From Bugula neritina (Eukaryota > Animalia > Bryozoa): a DNA stretch of 64,000 nucleotides. The notes under the pieces are model-generated. The model did no database searches. It was given only the letters and a program-made list of their open reading frames with translations, and had not been told where the DNA came from. The stretch is from the NCBI GenBank assembly GCA_964035545.1, contig OZ037766.1:14002722-14066721 (forward strand), in the 5' to 3' direction. Positions 1 to 11,700 of the stretch are shown here, in pieces (within the stretch, counting starts at the first letter, position 1; the number at the start of each line of letters is the position of its first letter). The translations under genes were made by a program, and so were the position numbers.

Positions 1-759
1 GGTGCCTGAAATTCAAAAAGAACCATCAGTGTTTATAAGACTTAAGAATTAGTAACATATATGTTGTAGAAAGGCTAACTTTCAATTGTATAAAGTTAAG
101 TGACTAAGAGAGACAAACTAAATAGGTTTTGAAACTTATCTTAATTATAATGATCAATAAAACATTAGCTTAATCAACAGGCTACCAAATCATCAATAGT
201 GAGTATAGGGAAGTCCAAAGTGTAATCTTTAAAATTTATACAATTATTTACCTGTAAACTCATTCAATGAAGCAATCATTCTACTCCATTACTAGCGAAC
301 AGGGATAAAATAAAAGCAATATTAGTTGTTAACAATTATTGATACTATAACTAAATGCAATATAAGTACAAAAAACAATATGAATACTAACATGAATTGA
401 AAGTAAATTGTAAAGTGTATGGCTATTGCCTACAATAGTAATTTATATTATGATAATCATAATTAAAATGAAATTAATAGTTATTCAACATATTGATATT
501 GATATTTAAAAGAAATGAAATCCCACTAAATCAATATTTAGATTACTATTTCAATGTTTTTTGATAAATTTAGATAACAGTTATTGTCAATTGCTATATA
601 ACAACTGTTGTCATTTTTGTACAGTTTATTTTCAAACTAAAATAAAAGTAGAAACATCAAATAAACTAAACCTAAACTCAAAAATGAAATAAAAGTCCAA
701 ATGAAAATACGACTATTCCGTTTCAGCTTGTAGTTGTTTGTGTTACTCAAAGTCGAATA

Positions 760-912
760 CTAAGTTTTAGTTCAAATAGAGTAAATAGTTACTAATACTA
801 TTAGTATTAGCAATATCAGCACTAATACTAATAGTAATATTAATAATAAATTACTATAACATTAACTATAACTATAAGCATAAGTATAAATGTTACTATT
901 AATAATTAATAT
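760..912. repeat. Degenerate 6-bp-periodic (TNA-NNN)n tract T1a (left part, split by the LTR insertion)
   Basis: e.g. TAA CTA TAA CTA TAA GCA TAA GTA TAA ATG TTA CTA. Confidence 0.75.
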
Positions 913-1210
913 TGTTGTGAGTTTTAGCACAATTATCAAGCGTGGATTGCCTGCGTATTTAATTTCAATTTAACTAGCAACATAATTATAACAGTATATC
1001 AAAACCACAATACATCAGTCAATTATAAACACATCTTACTACTACGAGCCCCTGCTCTCAACAACACATGGTTTCTGCTAGCTAACCCGCGAACAGTCAC
1101 TTGACCAGAACCTTGCCTTCCGGTCCCTCTGATTGGATAATAGAATATAGTTATAAGTATTCCACACAAGAGGGGACGACTCCATTATTAGACTACGTAA
1201 TCCCATTACA
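913..1210 (-). repeat. 3' LTR (298 bp)
   Basis: Matches 3647-3990 except for 5 substitutions seen by eye and a 46-bp deletion. Preceded on the minus strand by PPT-like ...GTGGGGCTTTCTGCTGGTGGGGGCGG (1211-1240). Confidence 0.95.
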
Positions 1211-1418
1211 CCGCCCCCACCAGCAGAAAGCCCCACTTTCTGATAAAACAAAATAGTATAATAATGCAAAAATAACATAAGTAAAGAAAACTCACAAAGA
1301 GAAAGAAGAGAAATATCAACTGTACGACATATATAAACATATAAGTAAGATAACGGACGGCCAGCGTACAACTGGCCAGCTATAAAGAGAGAGTCCTGGA
1401 TCGTAGGTCATTAGCAGA

Positions 1419-2159
1419 TCAAGCATTTACACGATCACAACGTAGTATCCCGGGAACATGCGGGGTGGAATTGCCAACTGCCAGCTCCCAGTTTTGTAGG
1501 GACTGGATCCGGTATCGTGCCTGCCGTGCACGTAGCCTACGCTTTAGGCGTCCTACTGAGCCCTTCAATTCACTAAGGCCCATTGTAGTACTGAGTAAGT
1601 CGGGGGCCAACTGGGTGAATTCATCCTGCAGCCGTAGGAGTCTTTCTTCGACGGTTGCTAGTCGGGTAGGCCTGGTTGGGGTTGGCGTCGCTTCTTCTGG
1701 CGAGTCTGATGCTTCCATGGGGGTATTGTCTAGCCGCGGTATGATTGCAGCGACCGTTCTCACCATAGGGGACTTCTGACGGGCGGCTGTTAGCAATGTA
1801 TAAAATCCGGAGGATAATGCGGCCCAGGTTAAAGCCTTCTTAACCACTGGTTTGACCGCTTCTAGGTATTGATCGTAGTTGTCCGCGTCTACTACATAGC
1901 CTTCGCCCGCGAAACAGTCCATCATATAAGCCACGACGGGGTATGGGTATACGTCGTGAAATCCACACGGACAGAAACGTAGCAGGAAGTGTGCATTCAC
2001 ATGCAGCCGTAGTCCTTGGTGTGAGGGAAGCTCTCCGTAACACACATGGCAGGTGTGTTGTGACCTGCTCGGTCCCCAGGCTTCTTCAATTTGCCGCTCC
2101 GACCGTCGTGACACCCATCTGTGTCTTCGACGCAGCACCGCGGGCAGTCCGTTGTCCAT
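1419..2159 (-). CDS. ORF2 of the LTR element: C2H2 zinc finger + coiled-coil protein (~246 aa from first ATG; frame open to 2387)
   Basis: CHVC-x12-HVNAH is a canonical C-x2-C-x12-H-x3-H finger. A degenerate second finger follows (CPC-x12-Y-x3-C). Heptad-like LATVEERLLRLQDEF...LSELKGSVGRLKRRL near the C-terminus. Confidence 0.75.
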   Translation of the reverse strand: MDNGLPAVLRRRHRWVSRRSERQIEEAWGPSRSQHTCHVCYGELPSHQGLRLHVNAHFLLRFCPCGFHDVYPYPVVAYMMDCFAGEGYVVDADNYDQYLEAVKPVVKKALTWAALSSGFYTLLTAARQKSPMVRTVAAIIPRLDNTPMEASDSPEEATPTPTRPTRLATVEERLLRLQDEFTQLAPDLLSTTMGLSELKGSVGRLKRRLRARQARYRIQSLQNWELAVGNSTPHVPGILRCDRVNA

Positions 2160-2622
2160 TTCCGGTCCGTTATCCAAGGAGGAGAGAGAGTGTAGATCCT
2201 GTGACCCAGAGTTGGTCGATCGAGTGTGATCTGCAAGAGTATAACAGTGTAAGAGGGTACACTGAGTACGACCGGCGTATACAGCCTGGTGGGTACTTAA
2301 CTCAATTAGACACTCGTGAGACTCAGTTGATGAATAGTTGATCGAAAACACACACTGCTGTAACAGACTGTTCAGTCTTAGAGTCAATGTGAATTCCCAC
2401 CACTAAAAATCATTACCGAGTCTCCAGCTTATTCTATTACAGTTAAGCTGATTAATACAGTTTAGCCCTCGTACCAAAAACATAACTAACTCACCTCTCG
2501 ATTCTTGGCAAGCCATTGTGAATGAGAGTGGTATGTTTATGATTTCTACGTACGTCTACTCAAAGCTGTATTAATGTGATGAAAGAGCGAGCAGCGTGGT
2601 TGTGAAACGTGACTATGACTTA

Positions 2623-3612
2623 TTACCTCCGGCGCATGAATCTTATTTGAATTTCCGCCGAGGCAAAGTTGATATTTTCGTGGTGCTCACAACTCCCACG
2701 CTTTGCTCTCTTCCCCTTACGGCGCCTCGTAGGACGTTTGGCCACGCCCTGAACGGAACGTGGTAAGTCCTTGCGATACGCGGGGACTGGTCTAGAACAC
2801 CGTTTCCGAGGTGTCGTCACCAACCAAGGCGGTTTACGCACCCGTGGACGGTCACGTCTCACAGGTGGTGCTTCCAGCCAGTTTGTGACAAATGGAGCTC
2901 TCCTAGCATCTCCGTTCGGAGCCTGGGGAAGTGTTGTCCTCAGCCATGGTGGTTTACGCACCCGTGGACGGTCACGTCTCACGGAGGGCTCCATTTCCAC
3001 CTGACGAGAAGTCACACGGCTCCGGTGCAGCTGGCTGGCCAGAAGGTAAGCCTCCCCTTCTGCCAGCGCACCTTCGACCGTGGTGACTCCCCTGGCCAGG
3101 AGTTGGTGATGGAGTCCCAAGTCGTTGATGGACTGCACGAAGGCATCGTAAGTATACCTCTCACGGTTTACTTGCGGCAGATCGCGGAACGCGATCTGCG
3201 CCAGTCTCATTACCGTGGTAGCGTGCTCTTGTAGCGGCGTGTGAGGATCACGCCGTAGTCTTTGGAGACGGGCCCGCGCATCCACAGCGGAGATACCAAA
3301 ACGGGCCCGCAGGGAAGCAAAGATGCCGTCAATGTCTGGTCCCACTCCGTACGGCTTGGCTTTGTCTGACAGCGCCATCCTGAGCTTGAGCAATGCTATT
3401 CTAGGTGGCCATTGTGCAACCTCCATTACATCTTGGAATTCCTGAACGAATTGCTCCACTGGCTCCTCACCTGAGAAGGTGGGTACCCTCAGCCGGTACT
3501 TCTCTTCGTAACATTCCTTATGCATTCGCACTTCTGGTTCTATAGGTATAGCAACGTTATCTTCCTCACCTTCATTCCTCCGAATGGGTAGCTCTGTGCC
3601 TCTTTCTGTCAT
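2623..3612 (-). CDS. gag: Gag (capsid-like) protein of the LTR element, 329 aa
   Basis: ATG just downstream of the PBS. Ty3/gypsy capsid-like segment RVPTFSGEEPVEQFVQEFQDVMEVAQW...LRARFG...LQRLRR...FVQSIND. Arg-rich C-terminus with duplicated VRRDRPRVRKPPWL; no CCHC knuckle. Confidence 0.85.
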   Translation of the reverse strand: MTERGTELPIRRNEGEEDNVAIPIEPEVRMHKECYEEKYRLRVPTFSGEEPVEQFVQEFQDVMEVAQWPPRIALLKLRMALSDKAKPYGVGPDIDGIFASLRARFGISAVDARARLQRLRRDPHTPLQEHATTVMRLAQIAFRDLPQVNRERYTYDAFVQSINDLGLHHQLLARGVTTVEGALAEGEAYLLASQLHRSRVTSRQVEMEPSVRRDRPRVRKPPWLRTTLPQAPNGDARRAPFVTNWLEAPPVRRDRPRVRKPPWLVTTPRKRCSRPVPAYRKDLPRSVQGVAKRPTRRRKGKRAKRGSCEHHENINFASAEIQIRFMRRR

Positions 3613-3626
3613 CTTGAAATACGCGA

Positions 3627-3645
3627 AATCCCACCGCTGCCACCA
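3627..3645 (-). promoter_or_regulatory. Primer-binding site complementary to tRNA-Leu 3' end
   Basis: Minus strand TGGTGGCAGCGGTGGGATT, 1 nt from the LTR. The plus strand AATCCCACCGCTGCCACCA equals the 3' end (with CCA) of metazoan tRNA-Leu(AAG/TAG) as I recall it. Confidence 0.88.
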
Positions 3646-3646
3646 C

Positions 3647-3990
3647 TGTTGTGAGTTTTAGGACAATTATCAAGCATGGATTGCCTGCGTATTTAATTTC
3701 AATTTAACTAGCAACTACTAACAGAGCTTGCGTACGATAACCTTTATTTAACTCGATAAACATAATTATAACATTATATCAAAACCACAATACATCAATC
3801 AATTATAAACACATCTTACTACTACGAGCCCCTGCTCTCAACAACACATGGTTTCTGCTAGCTAACCCGCGAACAGTCACTTGACCGGAACCTTGCCTTC
3901 CGGTCCCTCTGATTGGATAATAGAATATAGTTATAAGTATTCCACACAAGAGGGGACGACTCCATTATTAGACTACGTAATCCCATTACA
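3647..3990 (-). repeat. 5' LTR (344 bp)
   Basis: Direct repeat of 913-1210 with an extra 46 bp containing a minus-strand AATAAA (3743-3748). Followed on the minus strand by the PBS. Confidence 0.95.
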
Positions 3991-4460
3991 ATATTATAAT
4001 AGTATCTTACTCTTAGTATTAGTTCCAGGCACTAGAATCGGTGGTAAATTAGTCAGTTACACTTAGTCTTACAATTAAAGTTACTCATACTGTTAGTGTT
4101 ACTGTTAGACTTAGAGTTAGTGTTACCAGTTACTGTTAGTGTTACTGTTACTGTTAGGGTACCACTACCAGTACGTTAATTGAGTTTGATAACATATTTT
4201 GAAATACAAAATCGTACTTGTCTTGTTACTTGTTAGTAAACTAGTCATAATAATACTGATAAAATGATAAAACATACAGATGCTAGCCCATCAATAATAT
4301 CCGTGGGATTGAATAGAAAATTGTTTCTCAAGTAGTCAACCGAAAGATTCTCCAAGTCTATCCAAACCATTGTCATTGTGATTGTGATTGTACTAGTTGA
4401 TTGTCACTCATTAATTTGTCGATGAAGATATTAATTACCGTATAGGTATAAGTATAAGTT
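3991..4460. repeat. Degenerate (TNA-NNN)n tract T1b
   Basis: 4063-4159: TTAGTC TTACAA TTAAAG TTACTC ATACTG TTAGTG TTACTG TTAGAC TTAGAG TTAGTG TTACCA... Also TCATTG TGATTG TGATTG near 4373. Confidence 0.85.
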
Positions 4461-5105
4461 CCAATAGTTACGATTTTTAAGTAATAGAGATTAATGCTAT
4501 GCCTACAAGCTTTAGTTATTCACAGGTATGTTAATTCCAATTTGTTATTTTCCGTTTAGTGTTTTGGCTACTGAAATGATAAAAATAATATATATTTCAC
4601 TTGTTTCAACATTTCGTATAGACTGGGCTTTCACAATTTTTAAACTTTACGCCTGAGTTTCGAGACAAGGTAATTTGGAGTAAATATTCTGTGGTTCAGC
4701 GCTAAAATTATGACCTTCACCGGTAATAAAGTTTGGGCTAGAGATTTTGTCATAAAAAAGATAACTCCATACTCAGTTTTCTCGTCCACACACTAAGCTA
4801 GTTAAGTCTCTTCATAATTAATTTGCACGTAATGGGTGATTATGGTAGTATTATATGAGCCTATAGGCTTACTTACAATATTTTGCATAGCTCTCAAAAA
4901 TTATTCATTTTCAAAGGAGAACTGACACAAAATATTTTACTTACAAATTTGTGGTGTTCTTAACAGTGAGTTTGTGCATGTCTATTAGAGTTAACTGCTG
5001 ATTTTTAAATATACTGGCATGATTAAAATCAGATATAAGTCAGATGCTATTTCCATAAGGTAAGCATTATAATTCACAGGCAACAAATTTCAATAAGTAT
5101 CACAG

Positions 5106-5232
5106 TGTGCGTGCATGTGTGTGTGCGTTTGTGTGAGTGTTTGTGTGAGTGTGTGTGTGTGTGTGTGTGTGCGTGTGCGTGTGTGTGTGTGTGGGCGTGT
5201 ATGTGCATGTGTGCGCTCGCGTGCGTGCGTGT
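5106..5232. repeat. Imperfect (GT)n/(GC-GT) microsatellite
   Basis: Alternating purine-pyrimidine run GTGTGCGTGCATGTGTGT... Confidence 0.95.
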
Positions 5233-5716
5233 ACCAAGCTTTAGTGCGTTTAAAGCTATCTCGATAAAAACATTAGTGTCTCTCAATTTGCTCAGTTTAA
5301 CATCAATGAGAGAGGCTAATTCCCAACAACTGCTGTTCCTCTACAATATTTATATAGTATATACAGATACATTTTTGTATGGTAATATACTTGTGTATGT
5401 ATATAATATATTCTGTGTGTAATACCCTTATGCTGGTACAGTACATGTTATCCGCATGTAAATGTTTGGAGTTATGTTCACATTAATTAGCAGACCGTCA
5501 TATGTTACAACATTACCTGATCAATTGAAAGATTCAGTAAAGCATAAAAAATACATTCTGTTCGCATGAATAAGCAGCTAAGCCGCGTGAATAATTACCT
5601 ATGTATGCGTACTTGTGTCAGTTATCATTACCGACTGCGTGACTGCAGTGTGTTATATTTCAGAGACAGACAAGATCAACGCATTTACTTCAACTTTGTA
5701 CAGTAACATATAAAAC

Positions 5717-8700
5717 ATGGATAAACGTATATTTATCTGTAGTTTGAAATTGCTGGGAGTTTATATTACATTACTTGGCCAAGGTGAGTAACAAAGCAAA
5801 TTGTGGTTTAAATTTTTATGGCAGCTGGATGCTATTGCATTAAAATTTGTAATTCATGCAACATCATGTAAGGTAAATCAATATTGCTATTCAACATTGT
5901 TTCACTGTATGGTTATTTCTGGGCCACTAAATGTTGCTATTAGCAACAATAGCTTGAAAAATGTTGATGTTTTTCAACAAATTTGGAACTGGTCCTAATT
6001 ACATTTAATTTTATAATACTTTTTTGTTTACATATTTCTTTTTTGCTGTATAGGGTAAATAATAAGCAATTTGAAAAGTGGAAATTTTGTACGAAAATGT
6101 TTGAAAAAGTAAGGGTAGCTTTGATTCCACGAAGTTGAGCAATCATATGATCGAGTTTATATAAATTGAATGTGAAGTGTGTCATACCAAGATTATCACT
6201 ATTAGATGTTATGATATTATAATAGGTCTAGTTATGGTGTGTTAATAGCCATGATTTTCATCAAACTTGATTTAAAACAAGTTTAAGGCTTGGATCAGTG
6301 GACACAGGTAGCAATTCAGCCTGATTGTTTTATGAATATATTAAGCTTCACGCATGTTTAAAACCTACTTTATGATTCATCACAAATCCTCTTCTTATTT
6401 GTAAACCAACTCCCTTTAGACGAAATGGAATATTCCAGATTGATGTACAGTAGACTGGGATTAAATCTTAATAGGCTATGCTACTTATTCAATCAGTAAT
6501 AAATTCATAGGAAGGTACCAGGTTTTAGGTTACAATATTCCTACTAATCCTCAAAGACCAACTTTTAGCAGTCGACACATAGTTAAATTAGATGAATGTG
6601 TGGCTTATTACTACTATACAGATGAGTTGCTAACGACATTGAGTACATACACATATATAGCTATGCAGTTTGTGAATTTGATATTAGTTAAGTGTCTTAT
6701 TCTAGCAGCCTTCTGAATCTTGCAGAATGTTGGGATATTGTGATAATAAAACCGGGAAATTCGACACGGATAGGTTTTTTAACTCTTAGTAAAGTTTTAA
6801 ATTGATTTGTAAAATTTAAATAGACTCAGAAGAGTTTTCATCACAGCCACATAGATTTATTGTTTTAATAGAAGAATGACTCACACTTAAAATACAAGTA
6901 TATAAACTGTTGACACCATTGCACATTTAGTAGATGCATACTGTTCTGACACATTAGCCTAACACTGTTGGTTGATTAGATGTAAAACCTTTGGACATGT
7001 TCAAATATATTAGAATCAATAATGTATGTTTCACAGGAGTACAAGACTCCACTAATGATAATAAGTATTTTTTCCTCTTTTTTGACAAACTTATTTGATC
7101 TATATTTTATTTACTATTTTTACTGTAACCTACATTGCCCTGATCCTAACATATATGTTTTATTTTATTTTAGGCATGGCCCAGGGGCCTTTAACGTTAT
7201 CTGTCAGTGATGATGCATTGGGAACTCAATTGATCAGTCCAGCAGAGATTTTAGAAACCAGGGCCGTAAAGTTTACCTGCTCTTTTTCCCAAATTACACC
7301 TGAGACTGATGAACTTTCAAGAATTCAACTAAGAGCTAAAGTTGACAACGTTTGGCAATTACAGGTAAATAAAAATGAGAACATTAAGGGATTTTAAGTT
7401 TATATGTAAACCAATTTATAAAAGCATCTAGAAAATATGAAGTATTTATTATTCAATTATGCTGTGATTCTCTTTAATCTTAGACGTGTTACATATTATA
7501 TGACCAGATGCAAAACTTTTCTTTCAACACTAAGGCATTAGAATTTAAAGAATAATATTGAGAATATTAACAAAAGTGTTGTAAAATAGTTTGACTATAA
7601 TCTAAAATATTTTGTTTAAATTATATCAGATGAAGTTTGTAAAATGCTTAATGAATTAGTAAAATTAGTTATAGTTTATGGTTAGGCTTACTATTTTTTT
7701 GCAAATGTAGCTGTATGAATTTAAACAGTTGTTGCCATGTGTTTAATTTTGGCATATAAAATATTTATTATAATTTATTTAGTGTTTTAAGAAAGTAATG
7801 AGTGGGCTATCTAACACTAAGGCTGTTCTAATTAAAAATAGAAAAATCTGTTGATATATCAAACTCAAAGCTGTTTGGTTGATAACTTTTTTATTTTAAG
7901 CTGATGTGATAAAATTTGTATGGTTTGTTACAGGCTGCCTGTATATACAGAAAACCAGTTTCAGATGTGGAAGTTTCTCCTGTCGTACCTAATGACCCCA
8001 CTCTAGATATAACAACTGAGCAAGTAAGCTGTAGCTCTTCACGAGACAAGGCTGAGTTTACTTTGGATAAACCACTCTCTCTAAGTTACCACTGTCACTA
8101 TGAGGATGTCTTGCCTGGAAATGATCCTCAATTGGAGTCTAATGAATTTGTCCTTGACACCTACAGTAAGTACAGCAATTTTTTCCTACAGTTGTATTAC
8201 ATGTTTATTCTTTCTAGTGGTTTAAAGCTTTAACTGCCCTTTAAATTAGTCCAGTCATAATTTGTCTATTAAACTGATTTGCTCCAAATATTGGGTTCAG
8301 TGTCTCCTTAATGCTATAATTATTTGGTTATAATTATGATTTTGTGTAGCTTATGCAGTAAATTGCAATTAGAGAAGAAAATATATTTGAATTATTTATC
8401 ATAATTTTTTTTCGTTCACAGACATAATTATTATACAACAGCTATCACATACATAACATTAATCAGCGTTATTTATGCAATTAGGTATGCCATCTAAACC
8501 TATTATACACATGGATCCCACAAAACTTTATGAAGGAGATGCGGTGAGTTTTGAATGCACCAGTGAAGCCCGGCCTGTCCCTGTTCTTTCTTTCAAACTA
8601 GGAGGTGTTCTACAAAAGTCTTCAACTGCTGGTAATGAGCTACAATATCTTGAAGCCTTCATTCATTCATGTCGCGGTGCCAGAAGCAATTAATTTTTAT

Positions 8701-11700
8701 AAAACGAGCCTTTTGCTCATCAGTTTAAAGGAAAACTTATAAAAAATGTAGAAATGACTAACATTTTCTGTATTCCTCAAGGAGATTCTACCCCATCTGA
8801 TGAGCCTCAACAAGGTTCAGTTGTTTGGAATACAACCGCTAATAGGTTGATGCACCTGAAAGAGTTGAGGTGTGAAGTGGACAACAATCAACATCCATAT
8901 AAGGGAGAAATTGAAACAACCAGACGGCCAATGGTTGTATGTAAGTAAATCTCTTTTTATAACTTAATAATATTATTATATTATGGGTATTCATCATATA
9001 TGGCCTTGCTTGCAAGGTGCTATTTTTTTAAGTTAGGTATAAATAAAAATAACGAACAAGTGAGCTGTTTATGTATAACTTATAATGCACACATACATGT
9101 ATATAACTATGTTAAAAAATTAATTATAAAGAAAGTTAGCAAAGTTGTATATTATTATCTACTAAAATATAGTTTCTATGGAGTGGCACCAAAATCCTTT
9201 CAAGTAGTCAGAATGTTACTGGTTTAGTAGACATTTTCTGTAACATCTGCTGTCTGCATCCACTCACTGCTTCTACTCTCTTTTCTCAGATGGACCAGAT
9301 GAGAGCCAGACTCCAGAGCCTGCTGTTGATTTGAATATTGACTCTGGTGATTCTGTGACACTAACCTGTTCAATGGATGGCTACCCAATAGAATACAAAT
9401 GGGAAATGGATCCTCCAGTAACTGGTGCAGATTTAGTTGTGGAAGCTAGTTCATCTGTAATTATTTTCATTTAGTTCTATAGTCTGTGTTGATTTAACTG
9501 GTATCTAGTGCTAATATTTTGTATTATTCTTGTATTTCAGGTCAAGAAGCTAATGTTTATTGATTTGATAGCCTTTATTTTGTTGATTTTGAGTTCATAA
9601 CAAAATGTAACTGACTTGCTTATTAGCGGAGTAACTATTTTTTGAAAAAAAACATTTGCTTAGAACAATTGAACATTACAAATAAAAGAACTTTTCTGCA
9701 CTTTTCCTTCTATAAGTACAGCTGATAAACACTGACACAATACAAGGTACCAAATGTCAAACGTTATATAATATTACTCTTCATGTATTGTAGGAAATTA
9801 CTTCTATAGGCAGCTACACTTGTGTTGGCACAAACTCTGACACTGGGAACTCGGCTAAAAAGATCTACAAAATAAATTTCACTGGTAAAGTATAATTTAT
9901 ACACAAGTTTCAGAGCTTACACTTTATAACATTGTAGTAATGGATCAATAATTCTCTCCTGTTGGCTGCTTGCATTGTTCTATCAATAAAACTATATCAC
10001 AGGTATTATGTTGATAGTAGCACAAAATATTTCAGATACGCCTTTTGAACTCTCTCTTGGTAACTCACCATTTTATTTAACTTTTAGAAGTGCTCATGTC
10101 ATGTATGCTTACTCTCACAATTTTTGTATCTCATATTTATTCTGCGTGGAGAGAAGTTTGAGTGTGTGTTCTACAGTGTGTATTATAATACATATACAGC
10201 ATGCTTGTTGGTCATCAAGAGATTTTTTTTGGTAGTCTAATGCTTTTGCAAAAATATAATATACATCTTTGTAAAGTTGACATCATTCAACTAAAATTTA
10301 GCCATGTTCACTTGCTATTTGACATAGATGATGCTCGCCCCAAGCTGGTGTATATAAACCGTAAACCCGTTAGCTTAAGTACTGGGATTAAGATTCATGT
10401 AGCTGCATCTAGCATATGCTATTTTAACCTCTGAATTTATAATGAGTAGGGTTTTTAAAAAGCCTTAATTGCTTTTTGCCAGTATTTTCGGAAAATAATG
10501 CCTTCAAGCTACGGTGACTAATAACCTATCAGTGCAGGTAATACAAGGTAATACTAGCTACAACATTGAGACTAGCAAATTCTCTCTCCAACTGTCCCAC
10601 TGATCACTCAATATTTAGCCAACAGAAATTAGCCTACTAACCTGTATTTAATTTAACTTGATATTCAATTGAATAAGAGTTTGCGTTTGGGTTTACAAAA
10701 GCAGCTAAACAAGTTTTTCAACAAATCCTAATTTCCAGAGTGTATGGTATATGTTATACTGATTTTTTAAAGACTATAAAATAAAATATTTGGCTACCAT
10801 GTGGATTCAGCCCTAACCTGTGCTGGTATAAAAAAGCATATAAGTTATTTCAAGTTATATATAATTAGTTGTTTATTTGTATAATTGTTATATTCTCTGT
10901 AGCTTCTGAAACTGATACATCATCAGATTTTGTATGGTTGACTATTGCAAAATATTGTAATATTAGACAAATAAATGCATGCGGTTTTTATATAAATATG
11001 TAGAAACGTATTGAAAATTATTTGCCATACAAAATGTATTGTTTGTTAAATATCATTGGCACATTTTAGATGAACCTAGTGCTACAACTTCAAGTGGAGC
11101 AAACAAAGGTATGTTTATTTGCATGGTCAAAGGCCATGCAACCAAAAATTATGTAATATTATAATAAAGTCATGTCAAAACTGTTTGAGTTGCACATAGT
11201 TCAGTAATGGCAAACAGAAATATGTGTACATATTATACTATGTGTGCCTTGTTTGTTATACTTTATTTTAAAAAAAAGAATTTAGAAGACTAACTGTTAG
11301 AATCAGAAGTTAGTTATCAGTGTTTGCTAAAAAGTCAGTTTTATAATAAAAGTTATAGAAATAACCTAATAGTAAATAATTAATATTATTATTACTATCA
11401 TAAATTTTGTTTGCCTTTCTGCCATTCCAATAGCATTTTCTTCACATTTTAAACTAGTTGCATAGCTTATAGGATATTGTATAATATTGTGTACATATTA
11501 ATTTGGGGTACTGGTCAAAGGTCTCATGAGAACATGGCTTCTTTCGTAATATTTCTCATCGAGAACACAGGATTTTCCTACTTCCCCGTTAGTGCACCTA
11601 CCTCCGTTAAATTGAACTGAATTTGCATGAAATTTTCTCATTTTGATAATAGGTTCATCCATAACTAAAGCTACGGGTCTTCAGGGCAAAGAGATAGCCG

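Larger units (their letters stand above)
913..3990 (-). mobile_element. Pol-less (non-autonomous) Ty3/gypsy-type LTR retrotransposon, 3078 bp
   Basis: Two TG...CA direct repeats (913-1210, 3647-3990). 4-bp TSD ATAT (909-912, 3991-3994). PBS next to the right LTR, purine-rich PPT next to the left LTR. Gag-like ORF inside; no RT/INT/PR coding space. Confidence 0.95.

Noticed and set aside
1465-3234. Plus-strand and alternative-frame ORFs inside the LTR element
   Set aside because: Shadow ORFs of the GC-richer gag and ORF2 frames; no motifs, and none resemble RT, integrase or protease.
5074-5422. His/Thr- and Cys/Val-rich ORFs (also 47622-47888)
   Set aside because: Translation of CA/GT repeats.
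10903-10931. Candidate Ig-stalk microexon (ASETDTSSDF)
   Set aside because: 29 nt with the obvious donor; breaks frame with neighbouring phase-1 exons.
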